Assembly: GCA_964270895.1 (NCBI GenBank)
Contig: OZ185441.1
DNA from: Podarcis filfolensis
Taxonomy: Eukaryota
DNA: 64,000 bases
Reading direction: 5' to 3' (one strand)
A program made the position numbers and the translations under genes. Positions 12,855 to 26,599 of the stretch are shown in pieces (position 1 is the first letter of the stretch; every line of letters begins with the position of its first letter). The notes below the pieces were generated by a model. That model was not told where the DNA came from and did not search any database. It saw only the letters and a program-made list of their open reading frames with translations.

Positions 12855-14306
12855 AAATAGGTGCGGGACTTCAAACTACAATAGAAGTATATGGAATTAT
12901 AGGCAATCTTTTGCTCAGATAAAATAATTTTGGGACATTATATCTAGCAGTGTAATCACTTCAAGGTGTTATAAACATTAATTGAAAATAGTTATGTTAC
13001 TTTTTTACAAATAGCAATTTATTTTGATAGTAGAAATATGCAAAAGTGGCAAAATATATTCAGTAAAGAGAAGGTAGAGAATGGTCTATTAGCTTATGTA
13101 AATTGTATGCAACTGTATGTTCTCTTTCATTTTCTTTCTTTCTTTCTTGACAATGCGAAAGTGCCTAGGTAATGAAAGCATCCATTTTCTGCTTTAAACT
13201 AGTTAATGTCGATGGCTATGTAGAAATTGGGAGGAACTCTGGTTAAGAATTTCAAGATATGGTTTGTTGAAAGAAGCCAGGATCGTGCTATTGTTTGTGA
13301 TCCTGGTTGTTAACGAAGTTAGTAAACACATGGTTTAAATGAAGCTGAGTTTGCTCTAGTTTGTTTTTAAACCAGAAGTTGCTTCACTGAGGGCAGAGAG
13401 CAAGGAGCATTTGAGCCTTCTTCTTACCTTCTTGCTTGTTCATGTTTTTGGACAAGGAATAAGAACTTGAATTCACATTATTGTTCTAAGGTACTTTAAT
13501 CACCGAGTAATAATTTACAGAAAAATCCACATCGCAGCTGCTGCCCAGCAATGTGCGATGGAGCAGCAGAGCCGCCATCACATCTGTAGCCCAGAAAGAA
13601 TATATGGGGCAGGCAGATTGCTGCGACAGCCTAGTTTGGGCCCAGTGCCATCAAATGACAGCCGTGGGGTTGGCTTGGGATCCAGTGGGATCCAAGAACA
13701 AAGCTTTGTACAGCTTGTGGTTTGTCTAGAGTGAAACAAACAGCAAGCCTGGCTTCAGATATAAGATAAAGTCAAACCATGGCTTTGCTCCGGGTAGTTG
13801 CAGCAACAGTAGAGCAGGGGAGAAGCTAAGAATTTACTCTGAGTACCCACACTCTCCTGCTTTCATGTTTAACCATGGTTTTGGCTTAGTGTTGTTACAT
13901 GTGAACTGGCCTCTGTCTTTCAAACTATGGCATTATGCATTGTATTAACAATTTGGCAGACAAAATCACATTTCTTAAGCTCCCTCTCAGCTGGAAAGGC
14001 TGAATCCTTAGCTCTTTCTAGTCACAGTTCAAAGACATGCAATAGATGACTTGTGTATGTAAGTGCCTGAAAAACCTTTCAAGATAAGTGAAGTGGTTTT
14101 GCCGCAGAATCATTTGCATTTGATGCCTAGTTTTTTCTCCAGTCAAGTAATATTTTCGTAAATATTACACTTGTGTTTTTAAATATACAGAATGAGAAGT
14201 TCTCTTTGTAAGTTGCCTTGTGTTTTCATATAATATGAATTAGTTGCTCATGGAATAAAACAAATGGTAAAAATTACTGTTTTGTGCACAGCTATGGATG
14301 GACCTA

Positions 14307-14547
14307 CAGTGGTACCTCGGTTTAGGAACTTAATCCGTTCTGGAAGTCCGTGATTAAACCGAAACCGTTCTTAAACCGAGGCACTCTTTCCCTAATGAGG
14401 CCTCCCGCTGCCGGTGCCCTTCCACTGTTCAGATTCCATTCTTTGACCAAGGTAAAGTTCTCAAACCAGGACACTGCTTCCGGTTTTGTGGAGTTCGTAA
14501 ACCAAATCGTTCGTAAACAGGACTGTTCTTAAACCGAGGTACCACTG
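14307..14547 (-). mobile_element. Tigger/pogo-like MITE, subfamily B (TCGGTTTA motif), 241 bp
   Basis: TIR and TA TSD; its reverse complement matches the 38457 copy. Confidence 0.9.
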
Positions 14548-14657
14548 TATATTGACCTTTCTTTCTATGAAGGAAAATGATACCAATGTATTTAAGAAAT
14601 GGGTTTGTACACACAACGAACACTAATGATATATTTTTTTGTCCATTTGAACATTAG

Positions 14658-14860
14658 GAATAATTAATGGATCGTCATTTATGCTTGACATCAGTGATAT
14701 CCTAATTAAGACAAGTGTCCAAGAAAAAAGCAGAACTCTGGTTGGACCTGTTTGCTGCTCTGTCGCTGTAGAAGCCAAATGGTGTAAACACAGTGGTAAT
14801 CCTGGTCCAGAGCTGTCAGTTCCAAAAGTCTATGTTGATGTGAGAGGTGGACTGATGCAG
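14658..14860 (+). CDS. VPS13B: VPS13B exon A (203 nt, phase 1 to 0): (G)IINGSSFMLDISDILIKTS...DVRGGLMQ
   Basis: cattag|GA acceptor and CAG|gtttgt donor; similar to human GIILGSSFLLSIND...RGGLLQ. Confidence 0.95.
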
Positions 14861-14983
14861 GTTTGTATATGGATCATGTTGAGTAATTCTTATTTGTTTA
14901 GCTGTGGACAGTGTTAAGTTGAGGAGCATGAAGAAAAAACCCCCCACCAGATTACAGAACATTTTAAACCATGTGTATCCTCC

Positions 14984-14986
<3 letters not shown>

Positions 14987-15015
<29 letters not shown>
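14987..15015. repeat. (GT)n microsatellite
   Basis: Read directly. Confidence 0.95.
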
Positions 15016-15018
<3 letters not shown>

Positions 15019-16435
15019 ACTGACATTCAGTTTTGAGTGCCCTTTGGAAGTATCCAGTTGCTAGCAAAACCCTCTTCAGCACTCTGTGCTATGCAAGCAT
15101 GATCCTGGTTTGCAGCTCTAATAAGTAAACACCAGTCTTATAACAATATTGGAAACATTCACAGGAATCACTTCGTAGTGTTAATTGTGACAGGTTTTTA
15201 ATATTCATTTTACAAAACCTCCCCTAACTTGAAAAGAATCCAACGTTTAGTGACTAAACATGGCAGATGTTCCAGAGCCTAGTTGCTGTCTGTTTGTTGT
15301 TAAAAAGTGCCAACCACGAGAAGCAGACGTTCCATTGATCTTAAGAGCCTCCTGGTATCTGGCATTTGATAGAACCTGAACCGCAGATCAATCTCCAGAG
15401 AAAAGGGGCAGGAGCTGCAGAGGGGCAAGGCTGGGTGTTGGTAAAGACGTCAACCCACACATGCAGCCCTTTGGGGAGATTACATGACCTATTTGCTCAA
15501 ACCTTTTCTGCAACCTGTAGCTACCTTAGATATTTTGGGAGAGAGGAGGAGGAATACGAAGACAACCACGTGCTCAAGCAAACCTTGGCTTCGCAGGACT
15601 GTGCAAGTATGCTGCCTCCTGCCTTGCTCTTCACTGGTCCTTTCGACTGCTGCCAAGTTGCTTATGCTCTCAACACCACTAACCACAAGATGCAGCCAAG
15701 TGAAGAGAGAGTTTTGCCACGAGCCTCCGTTTGAATGTCACTGCTGGGGGAGAAAAGCATGGGGTAGAATTGGTGTAATGTAGCAGCTAAGACTCTGAGC
15801 CTGGAAGTCTCCTGTTCAGTTCTTACCTCAGCCATGTATTCTTAAGGGAACCTTATGCTCTGCTCCCCATTCCTTTGCTATGCTGGGGGTAAAAGTGACT
15901 TCCTTTACAATATTGTTGGTGTGTGGGTTGTTTGTTTCTTTATATAGCGCCATCTGTTGTAGATGGTGCTTTACAAAGAATGAGAAAGCAAATCCATGTG
16001 CCAATGAGTTTACAGTCTAAGAATAGACACAAGACACAAGGGGGCAATAAACCTTTCCCTCTGTTGACCTCCAATAGCTGATTTTTCAGAGGCCTGCTCC
16101 CTATGAACCTGGAGGCAGCATATAGTCATCATGGCATATAGCCATGGGATGCAGAGTAAAAGAGAAGTAGGATGTATGATTTGCTGGGATTTATTATACA
16201 CGGTATGACTGATGTAAGGATTACAGAAAAAATTTACGTGATGAACTTTGAACACCAGAAAAGTCATTACATTTCTGTAATGCCTTCTGTCCTCTTCCTC
16301 CTCATCTTTAGAGTCCCTTGAAGCAAATTGCAGGTGATAGTTTTAGCAACTGTATATGACCTTGATAAATTGGGCATGTTCTCTGTCTCATATGGAAGCC
16401 ACGTTTACAGCAGGTTTTCTTATTACACCACCCTA

Positions 16436-16528
16436 ATTCCCACAGGCATCTGGGCGGCCACTGTGAGAACAGAATGCTGGACCAGAAAGACCTTTGGTCT
16501 GATCCAGCAGGCTCTTCTTAAATTCTTA
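16436..16528 (+). mobile_element. CR1 3' UTR fragment
   Basis: ggccactgtgagaacagaatgctggac...gatccagcaggctcttctta. Confidence 0.7.
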
Positions 16529-17335
16529 ATCTTATTCCTTTCAATTCCCTTTTCTTACCCACCATTTCTAAAAAGTGGCCAATGACAGCAACCATACCCC
16601 TAGGCCAGACCCCACTATGCTCCTGTAGATTTTCCTGTGCAATCTAAGCCACATAGTGTCATGTACAGAGCAGGGGTGCCTACTTGAATAATATATTTCA
16701 CAAAACAGCAGAGGTATTACTACTATGGTGTAAGTTTTCCTGAATTCCCCAACATCCCATCTTCTTCTTTTTTTGTACATAGCAGAGGATCAGCTTGCCC
16801 CTACTCACCTTCCCCAAACGTATACCATAAGGAAGATCCCAGTGTCTTCTCTGTATCTGTATTCCATTAAGTTGATTGACAAAAGGCTATGCCTATTTTA
16901 TTTTTCTTCGTCTCTGGGGGTTTTCTGATTAATTTTAAAGGGTATTACATCCCATCATAGACCTCTGTCTCTTTTTACTTGACCTCTGCTTTGTGCAGAG
17001 GAGCAAAGCCAAGAATCCTGTCTTTTCTGCTTGCTACTACTGGAGGGTATAAGTTTTATTTTTCTTTGATTTAAGGAAGTTCACTGTGAGCTGTCATAAG
17101 AAACCCTGCTGCTAGTTCCTTGCACTCAAAATCTTTGCCACTATAAATAGCTTCTGCTTTTTTAAATATTTCAGGGCCAGGGTCTAAACTTCTAAACCCT
17201 TCAAGATGCTCGAGCCTGTTTATCTGATAAGTCTGGAGAATTCCTAGAATAAACTTGCTAGCAATTAAGCTGGCTTCATGAATGGCTGAACACAAAGTGC
17301 TTAAATGTTGCTAAATTTAGCTTTCTTTTTATAAG

Positions 17336-17543
17336 GTTTTTTGGGGACAAGAGCATTTGAACTGCTTACTTCTTCTGCATGAACTTCTGCAAAGTTACCT
17401 TGTCCAAGAAGGCAAGATGCACGGGCAGAGCACCGATCAAGCACATTTGGTGCAGAGTCCTACAGACAGGAGCCAGAGTTCTAAAACAGAGCATACGTCA
17501 GACGATCTGCGAACAGGCCTGTTTCAATACATACAAGATACAG
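17336..17543 (+). CDS. VPS13B: VPS13B exon B (208 nt, phase 0 to 1): VFWGQEHLNCLLLLHELL...DDLRTGLFQYIQDT
   Basis: ttttataag|GTT acceptor and ACAG|gtacaa donor; conserved VFWGQEHLNCL and DDLRTGLFQY. Confidence 0.95.
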
Positions 17544-17845
17544 GTACAAATAGCATTTTGAAAACGCACATCAATAACAAAATAATTTCAGTAGTAGGCT
17601 ATTAAGGATCACTTTCCTTTAACAGCATTTTTTTGGTAATTAAAGAAGCATCTGGTAGAAAACTACCTTTTTGATTTCTTTCCATTTTACTATGACCTTT
17701 TCAAACTCAGGGAAACTGCTTTTTTATTTTCTCTCTGTTTGATCCTAAGAGATTTGTTTTTAACTGTTTTGGTCTCGTAAACCAGCATGCTCCCTTTTTA
17801 GAAATTATATAACCAATTACGGCTTTCCCCCTCCTAATTTGATAG

Positions 17846-18030
17846 ATGCACAGAAACTACCCAGTGCCTATGAAGTTGTGTTTTACAATGAAACAGAGGA
17901 TAACCCAGGAATGATGTTATGGAGATACCCAGAACCCAGAGTGCTCACGCTTGTGAGAATCACTCCTGTTCCCTTTAACACCACTGAAGATCCTGATATC
18001 AGTACTGCAGACCTGGGAGATGTTCTTCAG
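17846..18030 (+). CDS. VPS13B: VPS13B exon C (185 nt, phase 1 to 0): (D)AQKLPSAYEVVFYNETEDNPG...DLGDVLQ
   Basis: tttgatag|AT acceptor and CAG|gtgggt donor; near-identical to remembered human peptide. Confidence 0.96.
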
Positions 18031-18097
18031 GTGGGTAGGGTTTTTATTATTTCGGAAAGTATATTTTCACAGTGCTGGTGGGAGGTCATTTATTATA

Positions 18098-18334
18098 CAG
18101 TGGTACCTCGCAAGACGAAATTAATTCGTTCTGCGAGTTTTTTCATCTTGTGAAGCACGGATTCCCTGGGTATTAACGGTTTTAAGAAAAAGGAAACAAA
18201 CTCGCAAGACGTTTTCGTCTTGTGAAGCAAGCCCATAGGGAAATTCGTCTTGCGAAGCAACTCAAAAAACGAAAAACTATTTCGTCTTGCGAGTTTTTCG
18301 TCTTACGAGGCATTCGTCTTGCGAGGTACCACTG
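18098..18334 (-). mobile_element. Tigger/pogo-like MITE, subfamily C (TCGCAAGACG motif), 237 bp
   Basis: TIR and TA TSD; starts about 67 nt after the exon C donor; reverse complement of the 37859 copy. Confidence 0.9.
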
Positions 18335-18699
18335 TATATATTTTAACACGTCTCTGGTTTATAAGGGTTACAAGGGACTTAGGATGAGTGAAACTGTTGA
18401 TTCTCGATTGCTTAAAGTTTGCTTTAAGCTTTTGATTTGAATAGACCTGAGAAAATAATAAGAAAACTCTCTACAGACATAATGTTACAGGGAATGAAAA
18501 GCATCAAGACTAGACTATAGGATCACATACTTCCCACCCTATGGCCTGGACCAGATTTGTTATTCAACCTGCTTAAAATTAACCTAGAGACAATCCTAAA
18601 CACTTGTGCAGAATCCTGGATTAAAACCTGAGTTCCAAAGGGGTGCTTGCTAACAAATATTAGTGTATTTATTTCATCTGTTCATACATATGAAATATT

Positions 18700-19520
18700 C
18701 CCATGGAGTTTGGGGGTCCACATAGATCCACCATTGTCACTCTGTTTAGGGTCTTTTGGGGCCATCAGCCTATCTAGACAGGAAAAACCTGGCTGCAGTA
18801 ATCTATGCTCTGGAAACCTCATGAATGGGTTAGTGCAAGACTCTTTGGAAACTGCAGCTAGTGCAGAATGCAGCTGCTGATCGTTGCAGACGTGAAGCAG
18901 TCTAATCATATGACATCAATTCTGCCACAGCTTCACAGGCTACTTGTATGTTTCCAAACCAAGTCAAAGCCCTAAGCTTTGGAAACCAATTCAAAGCCCT
19001 AATATATTGGAGCCCAGTATCCTTTGGAGCCTCTCACCTCATGAGCCTACTTGGACCCTTTGGTCTTCGTCTGAGGCCCACCTCCAAATGCCCCCTCTGA
19101 GGAAGAGTCACTGGATGACAAGGGCTTTTTCAGTTGTGGAAAGCTCTTCGCAGTAAGGTTCACTTAGCACTATCATGAACATCCTTTCAGCACCAGGTAG
19201 AAATATATCCCTTCTCCCAGGCATTTAATGGATTATTATGTCTTTGCTGCTGTTTTATTGAGTGTTCTGTGAGTTGGCATCTGTCTGTCTTCAGAGACAA
19301 TGGAGTGCGCCTCTGGGGGTGTGGTCAAACTGCTGTGTTAGCAGCACTGAAGTTACCTCCCCGGGGCAAGCCTGGGCCGGGTGTATAACAGTCTTGGGCT
19401 GCCCAGACAACAAAGTTCTTGTATGGCTTTTATTGTATTGTTTTTTTCTTTAATGTTATGCTTTATTCTCTTACAATTTTGTAAGTCACTTAGAGACTCA
19501 TTGTAAGTCACTTAGAGCAT
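18700..19520 (+). mobile_element. L2 LINE 3' portion, decayed
   Basis: Frameshifted ORF2 remnants SLGVHIDPPLSL, LQLVQNAAA, FKAL..L.P.YL and RAFSV, then a 3' tail ending tgtaagtcacttagag. Confidence 0.8.
19262..19415 (+). mobile_element. Younger GC-rich LINE-derived fragment (tentatively RTE-like) inserted in the L2 tail
   Basis: GC-rich block gagtgcgcctctggggg...ctgggctgcccagac interrupts the AT-rich L2 3' UTR; family assignment from memory only. Confidence 0.35.
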
Positions 19521-22500
19521 CAAACAACTGATAAATTGAAATAGTAATCACAATAGTAGCCTTTCCTGAGAGGTCCAGGGTTGTCCCCATTTCAGCAAGG
19601 ACAAAAAAGCCCATGCTCCTCCAGTATTAGGTGGGCTGTCTTGGCAAGAAGCAAGGAACTGCTATGGAGAATATCAGTTTTTATTTGTTCTCACGCAGGC
19701 AACTCCATGTATGACATGGCTGGACCCAGATTTGGGGTGGGATCTGTTCAGAATGTTGCAAATGAAATATAAAAACCAGAAACCATTTTAAAATTTATTT
19801 TGCTTGTTGTCCAGTGTAGGTTTAACATTAAAGTTGCAAGCTTAGGCTGCAACTTAGTCACATGACATGTAAATTGCTTTTGTTGGTCCCAAGTCAGTTC
19901 TCTCCAGCTAGACTATCTTTGAGTTTTTATATTTGAAATGGCTAGAACTTTTTCTCCCTTTTTTGGGGACTGTTCATTTTAACAAATGTCAGGAACGCTT
20001 TGATTTAGCCAGATTTCATCAATTCGAAAAAGTGTCTGTTACGAAGAAGAAGAAAAAAGCAAAACATTATATGGTTATCTGAAGAGCATAAGAGTTTTGC
20101 TGAGACTCAGTAGAGGGAAAACCTAGTTAATCAGCCCAAACTTTGGAAGTAAATGCAAGAATCCAGCAATATTTGTTTTCTTTTTTTATATTTGATTCCA
20201 GCAATATGTATAATACAGAACAGTAGGGTAGTTCTTTACCTTGAAGAGCTTAAGGTCTAAAATTCAACACAGGGGAATCTAGAGGAAGGGGAGGGGAAAG
20301 GAAACTTGGTAAACAAAAGTTAAATGTGTCAGAGCTATAAAATAAAGAGTTTGGATCCCAGTGTGGTTTTGCATGAGCAGAAAATGATCTACCATTTCCC
20401 ACCCTTCCACAGTATAAATCCATGCTGTTTTGAAAGGTTACCTGATCTCAAGTGGTTTGAGGGGGGTGGTGTAGAATGGAAAGCCCCACTGGATCTTCAG
20501 GTCCAACCAAATATGTGCTACATTTCATTATATGTATCACTGGAATTTTTAGGTGTAAATGAATGGATCACATTTAGGGCAGATTTATTGTCTAAGTGCA
20601 TCAATAAGCCTGTGCTTGTCTAAAGTATTCCTGCACTAAGAGTTTATGAGTTTGGTATTTTCAACACTATGTTACCCTATAAATAGACAGCTTTTCAAAT
20701 ACTTAGTTGCTCCTTAAAACAGTGGCTAAAGGAAGTATGGGCTTTAGAGCAATTGGCTTGAGATTTACTATAAGTCATAACTTCAGGAAATATTTGACAT
20801 GGCAGTCAACAGGAAACTAATTATGATCAACGTCAAAGGCATTAATTTTTCCTTTTAACAGAAAATACCTCATATTTGGCTGATTCCATTTCCTTTTTGT
20901 TTTGCATTCCCCATTGAGACTGCAAGGTTGAGCTGGCATTTGAGAGGCTGGGAAAAGGGCTTTTTGAAAAACCACAATTTTTACTGATGTTTGACTCATT
21001 TCTCAAATTTCAGAAGCAAGTATTTGGGAAATCCAAATAATTTGGGCATGACAAGGTAGTGAGTTAAGTTCATAGCATTAGCAAGGGAAGATACAAAAGT
21101 TCTGCCACAATTATCGACAGCAAAGAGTAACACTAGCCTGTTCTAAATGCTAGTTATAGCAAACTGGTTGAACAGAGATTTTTTTGACTATGTATTCTCT
21201 TTCTCTTGGCATTTTAATTGGTAAATAAAATGACCACAGCTTCTTATAGGTAAATGAAATGAACACAGCTTTTTCGATCTTAAGGGTGTGATCCCATGGC
21301 CTTTGGGTGGGCATCTCAGGGACCATAGAATATATTAGGTCTCCCTCTTTAGTATCCAAGAAGGAGCTCTGGTGTCACCTTAAAAACCTCCTAACACCCC
21401 AGCACAACTGCTGTCAGATCTCCAGTGTCGCTGGGCCCCCGAAGGGGGTACTCTGTGGGAAGAGTGAGAATTGCTTGGATCCAAGACCTTCTCAGTTCCC
21501 CAATGCCCCCCCAGACAGTGATTTCCCTCCTACAGTATTGTTCCCAATGGGGGTGGGGGGTGGTAAGAGTGACCTCCAAGCCCAACAGAGCTTAGGGTAT
21601 GGATGTTAAAACTGCCTTCATTTCTCACCAACATAACCACCTTAGGACTGCGGCCTAAGTTCTGTCTGCTGCAAGGTCCCCAACCTCTGATGTCCGAACA
21701 TCAAGATGTTTTCTTAGATGAATTTGTGATTTTTTTCATACATGGAGATGGAATGCAGGCAGTATTTGTATGTCTGTGGGAGCTCTCAAGCTTGCAAGCA
21801 ACTGCCGAATCGGAGTATCTGCCAATGATAATTAGAGCTATGTGCTTGAAGCCCCTGTGGTTATATCTTGAATGCTATCATTTTAGCCTCAAAGTGCTAA
21901 AATTATAATTTAGCAGCACTGTTATTGCTGGGTGCAATCCCAGAACCACTAGTTAAAGGATCTCTGGTAGCAGGGCTGGGAAAGAGGAAACTCTTGCCTG
22001 ATATGATGGAGAACTGCTGCCTGTCAAAGGACTAGGCTAGATGGAGCCAATGGACTGATTTGCTATAGAGCAATTTATAGAAATAGAGATAGAGGCAGAG
22101 ATAGAGATAGAGATAAAATATCCATACAGAGAGTCCACAAAGCACTACTGCTGTCTGACCTCAAGCCATTATGTATCCATTTGTCTTTCTTAAAGTGCCT
22201 TTCTTATTTGTTTGCACAGCACGTGATGTTCTCTTCCCCAAAGTTAGTTGAGAGCTAAATAAACAAGCAAATGCCTACTAGCATGTTGAATCTACATTTC
22301 AAGGTGATATGTAGAGTACCTATGAAAGCAGTTCAGTATGAGATGTGCATCCATAGCTCTGTATGATACATAGCTCTGCATCCATTGGTTGCAAAGCCAA
22401 GCAGTACATATTAAGAGCAGAATATTTGTACAACGCCTTTCTGTCTGTCTTTGCAGTTAAACTTTTAAGTGACCTCCAAGGGTATTTGTACAACAAAAGA

Positions 22501-22550
22501 CAAGAGACGCATTCCTCATATGAAATTGGTTTGAGTCTTATCAGCATGTT

Positions 22551-22553
<3 letters not shown>

Positions 22554-22581
<28 letters not shown>
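22554..22581. repeat. (AT)n microsatellite
   Basis: Read directly. Confidence 0.95.
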
Positions 22582-22588
<7 letters not shown>

Positions 22589-23717
22589 TGTTTCATGCAT
22601 TGTTCTCTCTGTGTTTTCATGAAACCAATATTTTAAATATCTGTTTGTTTGTTTCCTTTTTAATGAGAATAAATCCAGTCTTTGTAGCACATTGCAGTCC
22701 ACAGCACACCTGCATTTGCTCTAAAACCTAGTAGCTTGATGAATTGATAAGATAAGCTGGCCACATGCTTTCCCTAAAAATAAAGGAATGCCGCATATTT
22801 CTTCATAAAGGTTAAAAAAGTATTTCTCAGGGCTCTTGAATTACCATATTCTGATACCAAGGGAAAATAAAACCTCAGCTTAGAGTCTTGTTTGTACTTA
22901 GCGGGCTTTCCGGACAGGAAGGCAATCTTGATGCAATGCAGCAAAGCCACAATACCAGTGGGGCATTACAGGTGAAAAGCGTGCAGCTGTACCCCGTACC
23001 ACAATGTATTACAACTGTACAGTGGAATATTTCCTGAACAGAAATAGGGCTTGGTTAACTTTGTTTCCCAAGAGTAGATCACATTAAAATGTTATAAAAT
23101 CATGATTTCCTGCATTTGAATACTTGTGGTTTCTCAACTGGTTCCAATATTACAAAGGGGGTTTTATGGCTTCTATTAGTTGAAGATGTATAGAAGCCTC
23201 TTTCTAAAGTCATCTAAAAGGCGGGGAGATAATGTAAAAAGAGTACTATATTTTCCCCCCATGCAAACATGACTTCTCCGGCATTTCAGCTATATAACTG
23301 AGTGTCTATGGTTTATTTTATAGAACATAATATGTACTCAAGTGTAGTGGAATGGGTATAGAGTATATACTAGCTGCTTGATGCATGTAACGGTCATGAC
23401 TTGGAAGCAAAATGCAGGTGGTGGTTGTTGTTTTATTTTAATTTTTAACATTAGAGGAGAACATTTTTAACATTAGAGTTTATTTAAGGCAGAGGTCCTG
23501 TTCTTAATTATATGTGAACAACTCCCACTGAAGCCAAGTTCACCAAGGCGTCTAGTTTGTAGGAACATATCGTGTCTTCCATTGGGTCACGTCACCTCCA
23601 TAACTAGAATAAAGAAATGCATGGCAATATATAGTTTTACATGGGTTTTTTTCATTGAGTCTCAGAATTTGTTGGAGAAATTTAGTGGCTTTGCATTGTG
23701 TCATAAATTATGCTGAG

Positions 23718-23721
<4 letters not shown>

Positions 23722-23760
<39 letters not shown>
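23722..23760. repeat. (CT)n microsatellite
   Basis: Read directly. Confidence 0.95.
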
Positions 23761-23764
<4 letters not shown>

Positions 23765-24645
23765 AAACATGTGTGTATATTTTCTGTCTACTCTAATATG
23801 CATGCTTTGTTGTACAGTAATTATTTCTGGAATAGGAATCCCTAAGGGAAAGCAGGAAACAAGTTGTGAATTAGGAACTTCTGAAATGAATTGCCTGAGC
23901 CCTGCATTACCCTGCTTCCCCCACCCCTCTTGCCACTTCCATATATGCATTGCTCTCTTCCCTTTGTCCCCTCAATCCCGACCCACTCTCCTCCCCCAGT
24001 CTCTTCTGTAGCAGCCTGATCCCTATACTGCACCCTCCCCCCCATTTTCTCCTCCCCATCCCACTTTCCCCCAATCCTTCTTACCAAGCCATGGAAGCTG
24101 TCCTTACTTCTTCTTTCAGTTTTTTTGGGCCCCAAACCCCTAAATTCATCCGTCAGTCCAAGAGGCATGATGGGGAAGTGAAGCCGGCCAGCAGCTGGAG
24201 GCCAAAGCTTTCTTTTGCAGTGCAGGTGACAACTGGAAATACACTATGGCTGATGATATCAAAAGCTGTGAAGAGATGCAGCAAAATAAAAAGTGTCTCA
24301 GACCTCCTATTCTCCTAGCCTCTATCAGGATGACCAAACTCAGGCACTGAGGGCTCATCCACACCAAAGGTGGCCTGTTTAGCATTCCAGGGAGCTACAT
24401 ACAGTCAGGACTCTCAGGCCACCCAGCTTACTTAGACTTTAGCACCCACTGTCCCCTCATGCAAGAGCATGTAGGCTTCAGTAGCAGCTGCTTGGCCCAC
24501 CTTTGTAGTAGGAGCCCAAGTCATTGTCGTCATTGCCCTGCCCTGCCTTTGACTACTTCTGTTCAGCTTCATTCATAAACTTGGGTCCCATGCAACACAT
24601 GGAGAACTGAGGTGTGCGAAATTCAGAGAGCTGCTCTGTTCTGGC

Positions 24646-24674
<29 letters not shown>
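24646..24674. repeat. (TG)n microsatellite
   Basis: Read directly. Confidence 0.95.
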
Positions 24675-24676
<2 letters not shown>

Positions 24677-25424
24677 ATGGCACTATGCCAGTGTACTTTC
24701 CTTGCTTTTATTGTGGAAATGGAAGGAGCAACATCCCAGGAGGTGAGCATTATTTGAAATGTAGGTAGAGTATTAATCATTTTGAAGACAAAAGGAATAC
24801 AATTTTATTTTTCTTATGGGACACTTTCTAGTGCAACTAATATCCTCACTTCCCTTGCCCATGAGTCATTTTGTGGGATATACTTGATATCCAAGTTTCA
24901 AACTATTATTTTTGGCAGCTGCTACTGCACAAAGCAGTCATCTTCCTTTATATTTACCAAGCCGGGCCATTAGTAATAACCCCCATCCACCCACAAGGAC
25001 AAATAATGTGATATGCTTAGAAATGTAGAGTTTAAATCAGTTTAAATTGCCAAATCCAGTTTCCAAAGCTCTGAGCCACTGTAAACCCCATGCATTTCAG
25101 TGGGACTTTCCTCCTTGCTAGGCCTTTGGGTGTCAGGCTATAAATCACTCTTAAATATTTCACACTGCAAAGTTTGATATTTTTCCGACTCCCAGAATCT
25201 AACTAGCATTCCTAAAGGGGATCACTAAAGGATGAATGTGCAGTTTTTATTTTACAGCATATTACATTTTCACTGTATCTTGTATATTTGTTAACTTATG
25301 AGGGCTTTTATGTTTCACACTTATTAAAATTAAAGATTATGTGAAAATAAATCTTTGCTTTTTTTTAATAGCTGTGTGTTTGGGTTGGTGTTTTCCTTTT
25401 AAGGCCTTTTTCTAGTTAACCTTC

Positions 25425-25507
25425 CATAAAGGCATTAGAAGAGCTCTGCTGGAACAGACCAAAGTCTCATCTACTTCAGCATTCTGTTCTCAGCAGGGGC
25501 ACCAGGT
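25425..25507 (-). mobile_element. CR1 3' UTR fragment
   Basis: agaagagctctgctggaacagacc...cagcattctgttctca, the reverse complement of the same UTR. Confidence 0.65.
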
Positions 25508-25944
25508 CCAGAAGACCAAGCCCTTTTGCATCCCCCTATATTTTCAGAGTTGGGCTGCCCCCCCATCCCAAAAGTGCAGAGGTGAATAACAGAGCCGACC
25601 ATGTTACAGCCGTGGAGGGGAATGAGGGTCAATGCAGCAGCCTCCAGCTAGTGGCAACATCAGGAGGAGGAGCTACCAGCCATTGAAGCTGTGCAGATGC
25701 GGAGTTTGGCTCTAACCCAGCTCCTCCCAATGTCCTGACATCATGCGTGTGACATTGGCCCCCCAATCGCCCTTTGGTTTTCACAGTGGCTAACTAGACG
25801 CTTATGGGAAGCCCAAAAGCAGAGCCTGAGTGCAGTAGCAGTCTGCCCAATTGTTATTTGACTGATTTCTCGTGTGTGTAATCACATGACCTTGAGAGAG
25901 GAACGTGGTGTTCCAGGTAATGCCCTGGCTTGGTAGGAAGCTTA

Positions 25945-26288
25945 AAGGTAAAGGTACCCCTGACCGTTAGGCCCAGTCACAGACGACTCTGGGGTTGCGG
26001 CGCTCATCTTGCTCTGTAGGCCGAGGGAGCTGGCATTTGTCCGCAGACAGCTTCCGGGTCATGTGGCCAGCATCACTAAGCTGCTTCTGGCGAACCAGAA
26101 CAGTGCATACCACCCGAGAGGTACCTATTTATCTACTTGCACTTTTTGGCATGCTTTTGAACTGCTAGGTGGGCAGGAGCTGCGACCGAGCAATGGGAGC
26201 TCATCGTGTCGCAGGGATTCGAACCGCCGACCTTCTGATCGGCAAGCCCTAGGTTCTGTGGTTTAGACCACAGCGCCACCTGTGTCCC
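25945..26288 (-). mobile_element. Sauria-type SINE, full length
   Basis: tRNA-like head with A/B boxes, same body and tail; 13-bp TSD ggtaggaagctta (25932-44, 26289-301). Confidence 0.92.
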
Positions 26289-26599
26289 GGTAGGAAGCTT
26301 AGCCTATACTTTTTCCCTGGCCTCCAATCTTCCAGTCAAGTAATCAAAATTCTACAATTTATTAATTTCTAGTGTTTAGGGGGAGGGGATCCCCTGCAAA
26401 TCTATAACAATATTGGATCACTTGGTGAAATATTTGGTGGGTGATATTTGCCCTTTCCATAGGATTGAATATGTAGAGCTTAACAGGACTGGGTTTTGCC
26501 ACTTCCCTTGCTTAATAGCAATTTGAAATTGGTGGAGTTTTGGAGTTTAGTGTTGTCAATATGTTCTACTTTTCATAATCTGCATTGGTAGTAGCTGTG

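Noticed and set aside
13530-13560. Small hairpin catcgca...tgcgatg considered as a miRNA or structured RNA
   Set aside because: Only a 7-bp outer stem, far too short for a pre-miRNA. The intronic miR-599/miR-875 known from mammalian VPS13B lie, as I recall, in an earlier intron and were not recognised here.
17839-18153. ORF read-through from exon C into the MITE giving a TE-derived C-terminus
   Set aside because: A good donor (CAG|gtgggt) at 18030 explains the exon; there is no evidence for retention.
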